NCBI GenBank assembly: GCA_028278265.1
Contig: JANQET010000236.1
Location: 801-64,800 of the forward strand
Length of the DNA stretch: 64,000 nt
Source of the DNA: Myxococcota bacterium
GTDB taxonomy: Bacteria; Myxococcota_A; Polyangia; JAAYKL01
Reading direction: 5' to 3'
Notes under the pieces: model-generated
What the model saw: the letters and a program-made list of their open reading frames with translations, nothing else
Told to the model about the DNA's origin: nothing
The model's database searches: none
Program-made: the position numbers and the translations under genes
Shown: one piece after another, positions 38,757 through 47,891 of the stretch
Layout of the letters: each line of letters opens with the position of its first letter
How positions within the stretch are numbered: position 1 is the first letter of the stretch

Positions 38757-39773
38757 AGGGGGTGGGGTCAGGGGCAACGGCCGGGTCATCTGGTAGTAGT
38801 CCCGCAGGTTGGCCCACCGCTGATTCCCGTACATCAGCGTCTCGATCGCCCCGCGACAGCTGGTCCAGCAACTCGAGCATTCGTTTGCCAGGTGCTTTTC
38901 ACGAAGCCGAGCGGTGAGGGTGTCAATCGGCTCGGTGAGAATGTTGCCCACAGGTTGATCGAGGCAGTCGATACACAGGCTCACGTCCCCCCGGCAGTCG
39001 ATGTTGCAGAGGTTTTTCCCGGCATAGCAGGGGGAGATGCCGTCCTGTTCGCCGGCCCTGGTGAAGCGCCCGATGTAGCCCCGCAGGGTGACGAAATCCG
39101 GGTACCTTTTTTTGAGGTCGAGTAACCGTTTGCTGATCGCTGATGGGGCGACCCGGCGGGATTTCTGGCCCCTCATGGTGGAGTGGAGGGTCACCAGGTA
39201 GGTCACATTGAGTGATCCGGCGAGGCGGATCAACGGTTCGATGTCGTCCAGGTTGTCGTCCATCACCACGGTGATCAGGTTGACCCGCTGCTCCGGAACG
39301 AGGCGGTTTTGCCCCAAGACGCGCAAGGCGTCGACCGCGCGGTCATAGGCACCGGTGATGCCCCGTTGGGCGTCGTGCCGGGTCGCGTCGGCATAGTCGA
39401 TCGAGACGCTGATCTCCCACATCCCCGCGGCGAACAGGGCGCGGGCCATCTCCCGGGTCATGTACCAGCCGTTGGAGATCATCACCGGAAAATGGTGCCG
39501 GCTCAGTGTTCTGACGATATCCACCACCTCGGGGTGCATCAACGGCTCACCACCTCCCACGTGGATGATTTGCGGGGCGATGCGATTGAGCTTTTCGGAG
39601 ATGACGCGGACGTCACCGGCGGTCAAGTGGGCGCCGGCGGTGCGATCCTGCCACAGATCGCAGATTTGGCAGCGGCAGTTGCAGCGCTCGAGGATCTGCA
39701 TGTTGGTGTGGATTATTTTCCTTTTGGACAAAAACGCCCTGACAAAGCGAAGCATTTTGCGGTTGTCTTTCAT
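38739..39773 (-). CDS. radical SAM enzyme (SPASM-like C-terminus)
   Basis: ERCNCRCQIC, VGGGEPLMHP, C-terminal CNIDCRGDVSLCIDC...CSSCWTSC. Confidence 0.8.
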   Translation of the reverse strand: MKDNRKMLRFVRAFLSKRKIIHTNMQILERCNCRCQICDLWQDRTAGAHLTAGDVRVISEKLNRIAPQIIHVGGGEPLMHPEVVDIVRTLSRHHFPVMISNGWYMTREMARALFAAGMWEISVSIDYADATRHDAQRGITGAYDRAVDALRVLGQNRLVPEQRVNLITVVMDDNLDDIEPLIRLAGSLNVTYLVTLHSTMRGQKSRRVAPSAISKRLLDLKKRYPDFVTLRGYIGRFTRAGEQDGISPCYAGKNLCNIDCRGDVSLCIDCLDQPVGNILTEPIDTLTARLREKHLANECSSCWTSCRGAIETLMYGNQRWANLRDYYQMTRPLPLTPPPSTMPS

Positions 39774-39776
39774 CGC

Positions 39777-40769
39777 CTAACCATACAAAAAATGCCGATA
39801 CAGATCGACCAGTTGAACGCGCTCTTTGAGGCTGAACGGTTGGCGCGGTGCCACGTGGCTCAACAGCGAGGTGAGCGCGATCCGCTGATCGCCGTTGGGG
39901 CGCTGTTCGTTGAGTTCGGTCAGTATCCGCTCGCTGTGGGACGGGGGGATGAGCTTGTCTGACTTGTCGTGAATGAGGGCAACGCGACCTGAGAGCCGGG
40001 ATAATTTGTGCTGTGGCGAAATCGATCGGCGCTGCTCCGGGGAGAGGGGCTGCCTGGCGGCGCGGCGCACAGCTTCGCTGTCGGCGAATCGGCGGTACAA
40101 TGTGAGCTTCCATGCCGGATCGTCCCGCTGACAGTAGTCGGAAAGACCTTGCCGGAGCGCTTGTTGATCCCCTTCGGAGAGGGGCGATGCCCGGCGCTCC
40201 CGCCAGGCGATGATCAGGTGGAAGTAGATGACGTTGTCCAACACCGCCTGGTCCATCTCCTGGTGAATATCGATGGTGAGAAGCTGGTCCCACACCTCTT
40301 CAATCGCGTAGGGGGCGCCGATGCAGAGCGCGGCGTCGACCCCGGTACCGGACTCCATTTCGGCCAGTGCGGTCAACAGTAGCCCTGCCCCGAAGCTGAA
40401 CCCAGCGGCGATGACCGATGGTGTCTCCGTGCGAAGGAGCCGGCGCACCCCATTTTGGATCGCCGTGCGGTCGCCGTCGATGATGCGAGCGGTCTTGAGG
40501 CCCGGCAGATCCGGAACGATTGTGGCAAAGCCGAACCTGGCGTGGGCGGTGGCAAAGTGGATCAGACGGGGATCGTCGCGACCCAGAACCGTGACGCCGG
40601 GTACGGCGAGTAGGGATCCGCTCGGAGCGCGGTGTGGGGAATACAGTGTGTACTCCGTGCCACAGTCGAGTTTTCCGTCGGTTGTTGTTACCGAAGAGGA
40701 GCCACCTTTGAGGTTGGGTGGTTTGGCGAGGGAGGTGAGCAACCGGATTGCGGTCCCCCAGCCCTTCAA
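39777..40769 (-). CDS. alpha/beta-hydrolase fold protein (putative thioesterase/acyltransferase)
   Basis: Size and secondary-structure-like pattern; no clean GxSxG seen, so the call is weak. Confidence 0.5.
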   Translation of the reverse strand: MKGWGTAIRLLTSLAKPPNLKGGSSSVTTTDGKLDCGTEYTLYSPHRAPSGSLLAVPGVTVLGRDDPRLIHFATAHARFGFATIVPDLPGLKTARIIDGDRTAIQNGVRRLLRTETPSVIAAGFSFGAGLLLTALAEMESGTGVDAALCIGAPYAIEEVWDQLLTIDIHQEMDQAVLDNVIYFHLIIAWRERRASPLSEGDQQALRQGLSDYCQRDDPAWKLTLYRRFADSEAVRRAARQPLSPEQRRSISPQHKLSRLSGRVALIHDKSDKLIPPSHSERILTELNEQRPNGDQRIALTSLLSHVAPRQPFSLKERVQLVDLYRHFLYG

Positions 40770-41173
40770 GGGGATTCTCCAAGCTTCCGCGCGATGGACT
40801 TGGCCACCTCCTCGGCAGTCAGCAGAAAGGCGAGCTGCTTGATCGTCGTGCCCTCCACCAGGGACGCCTCTGCTCGGGGAAAGCGCTCCCGCAGCATGGC
40901 CAGCGCCCGCGGGGTCAGCACCTCGTCCCGGTGCAGCTCAGCCTCGGCCAAGCCGAGTTGCGCCGACAGGCTCATGTCCTGTTTGTCCAGCTTGATCTCG
41001 AACTCCTGTTCGAGCAGAAACATCAGCTCCACCAGATCGAGGGACTCGGCGCCCAGGTCGTTCATCAGGGTCGATTCCGCGGTGATGGCGGACGGCTCGA
41101 GGGCCAGTACTTCGGCGATGCAGTTGTTGACGCGCGCTTGAATGTCGTTTTTTCCGGTGGCTTCGGTCATCAA
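40766..41173 (-). CDS. acyl carrier protein (extended C-terminus)
   Basis: LGAESLDLVEL phosphopantetheine-attachment (DSL) motif. Start ATG overlaps the ketoreductase stop (ATGA). Confidence 0.8.
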   Translation of the reverse strand: MMTEATGKNDIQARVNNCIAEVLALEPSAITAESTLMNDLGAESLDLVELMFLLEQEFEIKLDKQDMSLSAQLGLAEAELHRDEVLTPRALAMLRERFPRAEASLVEGTTIKQLAFLLTAEEVAKSIARKLGESP

Positions 41174-41910
41174 TATCCTCCGTCCACCGGCACTACGGCG
41201 CCGGTGATATAAGCTGCATCATCCGAGAGCAAGAATGAGACCACCTTGGCGATCTCGTCCACTGTGCCGAATCTGCGCAGAGCGATACTATCGGTGATCG
41301 CATCCCCGGCGAGCGTCCTGACCGCCCGGGACATTTTGGTCTCAATCACACCGGGGGCCACAGCGTTGACGCGGATCTGCTTGGGACCCAATTCGACGGC
41401 GAGGGCACGGGTGAACGACTCGACAAATCCCTTGGTACCGGCGTAGACGGCATTGCCCCGATTGGGCCGGGTCGCTGCCACCGAAGAGATGTTGATCACA
41501 CTGCCCCGTTTTTGGCGCATCATCGGACGCAGCACCGCCCGGGTCAGGCGGACCATTCCCGCGATGTTGGTCGCGAGCATCGCCTCCAGATCCTCGTCCT
41601 CGAGGAGCGCCAGCAGTTCCTCGCGAACAACTGCGGCATTGTTGACCAGACCGTGGATCGTATCAAACGCTTCGACGGAACGATCGACGATCTGTTGGGC
41701 GCAGTCCGGTTCACAGATATCCCCGCGGACGAGAATCACCCGGGACCCCCGGTCACGGCACCGGGCCTCGACGCGATTGGCCGCCTTTTTATCCCGGTGG
41801 TAACAGAGCACCAGATTGGTCCCGGCACCTGCCAGTGACTTGGCCAGGGCCGCTCCGATGCCCCGGGAGGCACCGGTAATGATTAGCGTTCTTGTGTTAT
41901 TTTTTTTCAT
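41170..41910 (-). CDS. SDR ketoreductase (3-oxoacyl-ACP reductase-like)
   Basis: TGASRGIGAA, NAAV, YAGTK. Start at M48 of the track ORF (ATG 41910). Confidence 0.85.
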   Translation of the reverse strand: MKKNNTRTLIITGASRGIGAALAKSLAGAGTNLVLCYHRDKKAANRVEARCRDRGSRVILVRGDICEPDCAQQIVDRSVEAFDTIHGLVNNAAVVREELLALLEDEDLEAMLATNIAGMVRLTRAVLRPMMRQKRGSVINISSVAATRPNRGNAVYAGTKGFVESFTRALAVELGPKQIRVNAVAPGVIETKMSRAVRTLAGDAITDSIALRRFGTVDEIAKVVSFLLSDDAAYITGAVVPVDGGY

Positions 41911-41944
41911 TTCGTTGTCTCGAACCTCGTTGAACAGGACCGTG

Positions 41945-43225
41945 TTACGGTGACCATTGCCCGGCAACGATGCAGGCATTTTGGCCGCCGAACCCGAATG
42001 AATTTGACATGAAGTGCTCCACAGTCGCCTGGCGCGGCGTGCCGGGCACATAGTCCAGATCGCACTGGGGATCCGGGGTGACCAAATTGATCGTCGCCGG
42101 GAGAAGCTGCTCGTTCAGGGCAAACAGGCCGGCGATGAACTCCACCGCACCGGCGGCGCCGATCAAGTGACCGATTTGACTCTTGGTGGAGCTGACCGGA
42201 ATCTGCCTTGCCCGGGAACCGAACACCTTCTTGATCGCTCGGGTCTCGGCCGGATCGTTTTTACGGGTTCCCGTGCCGTGGGCATTGATGTAGTCCACCT
42301 GGGCCGGGGAAAGCCCTGCCGAGGCCAGTGCCCCCCTCATCGCGCGAATTGCGCCGGCCTGATCCGGGGCGGGATCGGTCACCCGGTAGGCGTCCATCGA
42401 CGAGCTGTAGCCCAACACCTCTCCGTGAATGGTGGCCCCCCGGGCCAGCGCCGACTGGGCGTTCTCCAGGATACAGAATCCCGCGCCTTCGCCGAGCACG
42501 AAACCGTCCCGGTGTTTGTCGAACGGGCGGGACGCACCGGGTCCCAAATCGTTGGCCGTGGAGAGGGCTTCCAGCATGCAGAACCCGCCCACGCCGAGGG
42601 GATTGAGCATCGAGTCGTAGCCCCCGGTGACGGCCACGTCCAGCACCCCTTGGCGGATCGCGAGGAAGGCCTCGCCGAGGGCTTGGGTGCCGGCGGCGCA
42701 TGCGGAGACGTTGACCTGAACCATCCCACCGGCACCGGTCAGCCGGGCGATCGCCCTCGCCCCGAGGTCCGCGGGGATCTGGAGGTTCGTGAACACGGGG
42801 GTGTCAAAGAGGTGGTCGCGCAGCGCCCGGCCGTCGATCGCGCCGTCGGAGAACAGGGGCACCAAATCGTCGAGGTGAAAAATTTCCAACCCCGCGGCGG
42901 CAACAACCCCTACCCGCTCCTCGGGGTAGCATCGGCTGATCGGAACATCGCCGAAAGCGGCAGCCAGCGCTTGACGAGCGGCTGTGACGCCGAAGGCCGA
43001 CTTGGGATCCGCGCTCAGGGCAGATCGCTCCCGGTCCGACAATCCGGTGGTATCCAGGTCAAACCCGTTGACCTCTGCGCCGATTCGGGTCGGAAAACGC
43101 CCCGCATCGAACGAGGCGATGCGATCCACACCGGCCCGTGCGGATCGCAAGCCGTCGAAAAACGGCCCGATTCCGATGCCGATCGGAGCGACCACCCCCA
43201 TCCCGGTGACCACGACCCTAGGCAC
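41945..43225 (-). CDS. beta-ketoacyl-ACP synthase (KAS I/II-like, catalytic Cys-His-His present)
   Basis: VSACAAG (Cys), NAHGTGT (His), QIGHLIGAAG (His). Confidence 0.9.
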   Translation of the reverse strand: MPRVVVTGMGVVAPIGIGIGPFFDGLRSARAGVDRIASFDAGRFPTRIGAEVNGFDLDTTGLSDRERSALSADPKSAFGVTAARQALAAAFGDVPISRCYPEERVGVVAAAGLEIFHLDDLVPLFSDGAIDGRALRDHLFDTPVFTNLQIPADLGARAIARLTGAGGMVQVNVSACAAGTQALGEAFLAIRQGVLDVAVTGGYDSMLNPLGVGGFCMLEALSTANDLGPGASRPFDKHRDGFVLGEGAGFCILENAQSALARGATIHGEVLGYSSSMDAYRVTDPAPDQAGAIRAMRGALASAGLSPAQVDYINAHGTGTRKNDPAETRAIKKVFGSRARQIPVSSTKSQIGHLIGAAGAVEFIAGLFALNEQLLPATINLVTPDPQCDLDYVPGTPRQATVEHFMSNSFGFGGQNACIVAGQWSP

Positions 43226-44417
43226 CTGAGCCCTCCTCGGGGGCGAGCGCCAAGGCGAACTGAGCCCCGTCCGCGTCCCCGGCAGAAATCAGGTAGCACC
43301 GATCCGTTGAATCGATCGGCGCGTTGCCTGGGGGGTCGCCCGTCAGCACCAATGCCACGGCAAAGAACACCCCGGCCGGACCGAGCTCCCCCAGGGCGCC
43401 GTCGAACGACACCAGCCTGGCACGCTCCGTTTGGGGGAAGGCGTCCCGCTGGTCTGCTTCCGCGATATCGGCCGTGCGATCCGGGTTGCCGCAGGAAACG
43501 ATTCGGCTGGGTTGCCGGTTGCCCAGCGCCCTTGCCCAGTGCCGGCGGCGAACCGCGTACAGCTCGTCCGGTGTGGTCCCCTCGCTTCGTCCATGGGAGA
43601 CGCCGAGTACACGGGCGCGGATTGGCGTGCCCCTCCGAGCAGCCGTTCCGCGGGTTGTCATGACGAATAATCCGGCACCGTCGGCCGGGGCGATGCCGCG
43701 GTGCTGCGGCTCGAAAGGAACCGCCTGTTCGACCGTTTCGGCGAGCCGTCCCAGGCGCAGTTGGGTGCACAGTGTCATCAAGCTGAACCCCTGGGAAGCG
43801 GCTCCGACCAGCACCTCGGTGAAGCGGCCCTCGACCAATCCCCGGGCGGCAGTCTCCAAGCAGGCGCCGGCCTGATCCACACTGGGATAGGTGACGAAGT
43901 TGGGCCCTTTGAGATTGAAACAGATCGAAATCAAGCCCACCGGCATATTGAGCAGCGATTTGAACGGCATCAGCGGATGGCAGGCACCCAACCCCTCTGT
44001 TCCCATCCGCTGCAGATCGAGGGTGCCGTCCGGGGCCTTGGACCGCTCCACCGCGCGGCTCACCGAGGAGAGATCGAACACGGTCATTCCCACCGCGGCA
44101 AACAGCCCCATCGGTTGAAGCACATCGTCGCTGTCGATCACTCCCGCGTCGCTCAACGCTCGGCCGGCGGCGATCACCGAAAGTGACGTGGTCTGGCTCA
44201 TGTACTTGGCCAATTTCCGATCGGGCAAAAACGGCGCTGGCGAGGCGGGCTCTGCCGTCGCACCCGGACAAGGGGGAAAGGCGTCGACCCCCGCGGGAAT
44301 AGCCATGGACAAGGCGCTGCGTCCCTGCTTGATCGCCGACACGGTGGCGGACAGGTCGCCGAACGGACCGTGCAGGCCCACGCCGGTGATGACCACATCC
44401 CCGTCGGATCCGGGCAT
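43218..44417 (-). CDS. ketosynthase-like protein lacking the catalytic Cys (chain-length-factor-like partner)
   Basis: Thiolase-fold KS-like sequence, but the active-site position reads SVDQAGA with no Cys/His triad. Start at M134 of the track ORF (ATG 44417), which overlaps the dehydratase stop. Confidence 0.72.
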   Translation of the reverse strand: MPGSDGDVVITGVGLHGPFGDLSATVSAIKQGRSALSMAIPAGVDAFPPCPGATAEPASPAPFLPDRKLAKYMSQTTSLSVIAAGRALSDAGVIDSDDVLQPMGLFAAVGMTVFDLSSVSRAVERSKAPDGTLDLQRMGTEGLGACHPLMPFKSLLNMPVGLISICFNLKGPNFVTYPSVDQAGACLETAARGLVEGRFTEVLVGAASQGFSLMTLCTQLRLGRLAETVEQAVPFEPQHRGIAPADGAGLFVMTTRGTAARRGTPIRARVLGVSHGRSEGTTPDELYAVRRRHWARALGNRQPSRIVSCGNPDRTADIAEADQRDAFPQTERARLVSFDGALGELGPAGVFFAVALVLTGDPPGNAPIDSTDRCYLISAGDADGAQFALALAPEEGSGA

Positions 44418-44881
44418 CACTCGACGACCTTCATTTCTCGGGTGATCAGGTCGAGGTACTGTTTGCCGAACGTGTCCAGCTCCGGGTCGTCCACGTGGAG
44501 CATGACGTAAATGATATCCGCTTGGCACACCTTGTCCCCGTCCCGGGAACCGATCACTTTGACGAATCCGGAATCCTCGTGGTGCGACTGGATCTCGGCC
44601 CTCACCGACAGCTTGTCTCCCGGTTTGACGAAGTCGCGAAATTTGGCCTTGACTGAGCTGAGCACGCAGCGGGGCACATCCTCTTGGCGATCGCGGAGGG
44701 AGAGCTCGATCAGCGCTCCTCCTAGCTGGGCCATCGTCTCGATCAACAGGGCCCCCGGGTAGATCGGCTGACCCGGATAGTGGTACTCGAAACAGTCGTC
44801 CGCCAGGGTGATGCACTTCGAGGCCACCGCGTAGTCGAATTTTTTGATTTCCTCTATTCGGTCAATCAGTAGGTATCGCAT
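44417..44881 (-). CDS. FabZ/FabA-like beta-hydroxyacyl-ACP dehydratase (hot-dog fold)
   Basis: YHYPGQPIYPGALLIETMAQLGG is a classic FabZ motif. Confidence 0.82.
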   Translation of the reverse strand: MRYLLIDRIEEIKKFDYAVASKCITLADDCFEYHYPGQPIYPGALLIETMAQLGGALIELSLRDRQEDVPRCVLSSVKAKFRDFVKPGDKLSVRAEIQSHHEDSGFVKVIGSRDGDKVCQADIIYVMLHVDDPELDTFGKQYLDLITREMKVVE

Positions 44882-44899
44882 GGGTTCATACCGACCTCG

Positions 44900-45571
44900 T
44901 CAATCCAAATAGGTGATTAGCCGCGCCAGGGGCCGCCGCTCCGGCGCCGCGGGCCGGTGTTGGGCGTAGCCCAGCGGAATCAACGCGGCGATTTCCCAAC
45001 TGCGGGGCACCTCGAGCAATTTACTGAGTGAAGTCCTAGCAAAAAGTGGACCGGTCATCCAGCAAGCGCCCAAGCCGAGGGTATGAACCGCGAGCAGGAG
45101 GTTCATAATCGCCGCGGAGACAGCGGCCAGTGAATCGGCATCCGCCTTGAGGGGGCCCCGATCGTCGCTGTGGGTCCCCCCGGTGATCATCGTCAGAAAA
45201 TCGGTCCCCTCTCGATAGCTGCGATAGATCGGCGCGATGACCAGGGGGGCCTGGGCAAAGTGCATGAAATTGCCCGAGTAGCGGGCAAACTCCTCGCGAA
45301 ACTCGGGCCGGACGTGTTGCAGCAACGCCTCGACGGCCCGGGCCACCGCCTGATCCATGCGGGCGAGCATCGCCGGGGATTGGACCACGATGAACCGAAA
45401 GCCCTGGCGATTGCCCCCGCTGGGAGCCCATCTGGCCGCTTCGAGCACCTGCTCGATCAGTTGTCGGGGCACCGGATCCGGTTTGAACTGCCGGATGCTG
45501 CGTCGCTGGGAGATCAGTTCCATCAGCTGTCGGTGAGAATTGTTCACAGGATCACCTCGTTGTTCCATCAT
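44900..45571 (-). CDS. nitroreductase-family flavoprotein
   Basis: RRSIRQF...WAPSGGNRQ nitroreductase signature. First gene of the minus-strand operon. Confidence 0.75.
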   Translation of the reverse strand: MMEQRGDPVNNSHRQLMELISQRRSIRQFKPDPVPRQLIEQVLEAARWAPSGGNRQGFRFIVVQSPAMLARMDQAVARAVEALLQHVRPEFREEFARYSGNFMHFAQAPLVIAPIYRSYREGTDFLTMITGGTHSDDRGPLKADADSLAAVSAAIMNLLLAVHTLGLGACWMTGPLFARTSLSKLLEVPRSWEIAALIPLGYAQHRPAAPERRPLARLITYLD

Positions 45572-45719
45572 CGGATGGCCAAAACGTAAGGGTGAGACCC
45601 GTCGAAGTCAACGGGAGGTGGATCGTCCCGCGGCGACTGAACGGGCGTCCGGTCCGACAGGAGAGCTTGAAAAAAAGATCGGTTTGCTCCACCCTCAACT
45701 GGAAAGTGAAGCACAAAAA

Positions 45720-46679
45720 ATGAGTGGACAATCGACAAAGAAGCGATCGAGCGGACGCCTCTGGATGGCCTTTGATTTGAAACAATTGGCTGTTTTTATC
45801 GAAGTCGTTCGCTGTGCCAGTTTCTCCGGTGCAGCGCGGTCGTTGAATCTGGCGCAAGCCTCGGTGAGTGAGCGAATTTTGACCTTGGAGGAATCGGTGG
45901 GCACCCGCTTGCTCGACCGGTTGGGCCGCAAGGTGATCCCCACCAGCGCCGGGGAACTGTTGCTGCGACGAGGACGCGAATTGCTGGAGCTGCAGAACGA
46001 GACCGAGCGAGAGCTGCGGGAGCTGCTCGGCCTGAGCAAGGGGGAGGTGTCGTTGGGGGCGAGCACCACACCCGGCGAGTACATCCTGCCCGGGGTGATC
46101 CAGCGATTCAAACGCCGACATCCGGCAATCGGTGTGCGCATGCTGATCGGCGACTCCCTCTCGATTACCCGCCGCGTCGAAGATGGGACGCAGGAGTTCG
46201 GCGTGGTGGGATTCCGCGAGGAGAGTGAACAACTGAAGTTTCAAGCGTTGGCCGACGATGACATCGTACTGGTGGTCGCCGGCAACCATCCCCTGACAGC
46301 CCGACGGGGGCCGGTCTCCCCGGAGCAACTCGAAGATCAGCCGATCGTGCTGCGGGAATCCGGGTCGGGTACGCGGGCCAATGCGATGCGCCCGTTGACC
46401 GCGATCTTCAAGAAATCCGGAGTCGGCTGGAAAAACGTGACCGAGTTGGGCAGCTCCACCGCGGTCAAGGAGGGGGTCAAAGCGGGGCTGGGATTTGCAC
46501 TTCTATCGCGGCGGGCGATTCGCGCCGAGCTGGCGTCGTCGTCGTTGAAAATTGTCGAAATGAAGGGATTGCCGATCAAGCGCAAATTTTACCTCGTGAC
46601 CGACAAGCGGCGAACCCTCTCCCCGGCGGCGCGGGCTTTCAGCCGGTTTCTGCTCGACAACAGAAAACATCTCGACTGA
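45720..46679 (+). CDS. LysR-family transcriptional regulator (divergent from the biosynthetic operon)
   Basis: LKQLAVFIEVVRCASFSGAARSLNLAQASVSERILTLE HTH plus LysR substrate-binding domain. Start could instead be 45765. Confidence 0.8.
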   Translation: MSGQSTKKRSSGRLWMAFDLKQLAVFIEVVRCASFSGAARSLNLAQASVSERILTLEESVGTRLLDRLGRKVIPTSAGELLLRRGRELLELQNETERELRELLGLSKGEVSLGASTTPGEYILPGVIQRFKRRHPAIGVRMLIGDSLSITRRVEDGTQEFGVVGFREESEQLKFQALADDDIVLVVAGNHPLTARRGPVSPEQLEDQPIVLRESGSGTRANAMRPLTAIFKKSGVGWKNVTELGSSTAVKEGVKAGLGFALLSRRAIRAELASSSLKIVEMKGLPIKRKFYLVTDKRRTLSPAARAFSRFLLDNRKHLD

Positions 46680-46779
46680 TTGGATTTGACTTCTGAATAC
46701 CCCCTTTTTATTGAAGGTTAGGGACCGGGTATCGGCGGATGCGGGGACAAACGTCTCCAGTCGAAAGTGAGGACACCAA

Positions 46780-47838
46780 ATGAGCAAAACCGAACACCAT
46801 CTCACCGCGGTGGTAAAGGGCGCGGGTTGAGCATCCAAGCTCGGGCCAGGGGACCTGGCCAAGGCGCTGTGCGGACTCGAAATTGATCGCCATCCGGATC
46901 TGTTGGTCGGGTTGGCCCGGCCGGACGACGCCGGGGTCTACCGCTTGACCGACGAGTTGGCCCTGGTGCAGACCGTGGATTTTTTCACGCCGATTGTGGA
47001 CGATCCCTACACATTCGGCCAAGTCGCCGTGGCCAACGCCCTGTCCGATGTCTACGCGATGGGGGGGTGCCCGTTGACCGCAATGAATATCGTCGGTTTT
47101 CCCAAAGACAAGTTGGATCTGTCGGTGTTGGGGGATATCCTGCGGGGAGGACAGGACAAGCTGCGGGAGGCCGAGGTGGCGTTAGTCGGGGGGCACAGCA
47201 TCGCCGATCCGGAGTTGAAATTCGGTGTCTCGGTGACCGGCGTGGTCCATCCCGACCAATTGTGGACCAACCTGGGTGCCCGGGCGGGGGATCGGGTGGT
47301 GCTGACCAAGCCGTTGGGCACCGGCATTGTGAACACGGCGCTGAAGGCCAAGCAGGCCAGCGCCGAAGCGGTGACCGCCTCCATCGATACCATGCGAGCC
47401 CTCAATCGGGATGCCGCCGAAATAGCCCGGGAGTTCGACCCCCACGCCTGCACCGACGTGACCGGGTTCGGCCTGGTGGGGCACGCCGTCGAGATGCTCG
47501 ATGCCTCCGGCCTGTGCCTGCGCATCGATACCGAGGCGCTGCCCCGCTTGCCTGAGGTGGACCGGTACAGCAACCAGGGGTTGATGCCCGGGGGACTGCA
47601 TCGCAATCGGGATTTCTACAAGGAGAGGATTCGAGTTGAGCAGGGAGTGGCTCAAGAGATGCTCGATTTGGTGTTCGATCCACAGACCTCAGGGGGATTG
47701 CTCATCGCCGTGGCCCCCCAAGACGCCGAAACGATGGTCGCTCGAATGAACACCCGCGGGGTGAGCGCGGCGATCATCGGTGAAATTATCGACACCCCGG
47801 ATCCCATCTTGATCGAACTTGCTAGAAAGGGGACCTGA
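46780..47838 (+). CDS. selD: selenide, water dikinase (selenophosphate synthetase) with in-frame UGA selenocysteine codon
   Basis: ATG at 46780 with AGTGAGGA RBS, in frame with the ORF at 46903. MSKTEHHLTAVVKGAG-[TGA 46828-46830]-ASKLGPGDLAKAL aligns to the SelD GAG-C/U-G-K active-site loop. The rest is full-length SelD/AIR-synthase-related. Confidence 0.85.
46844..46860 (+). ncRNA. candidate bacterial SECIS hairpin for selD UGA recoding
   Basis: Perfect stem GGCCAGG/CCTGGCC with GGA loop, beginning 14 nt 3' of the UGA. Confidence 0.45.
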
Positions 47839-47891
47839 ATACATGCTAATGTAATCGTCTCGGTTTTGGTGCAACGGAAAGGACGAGAGAG

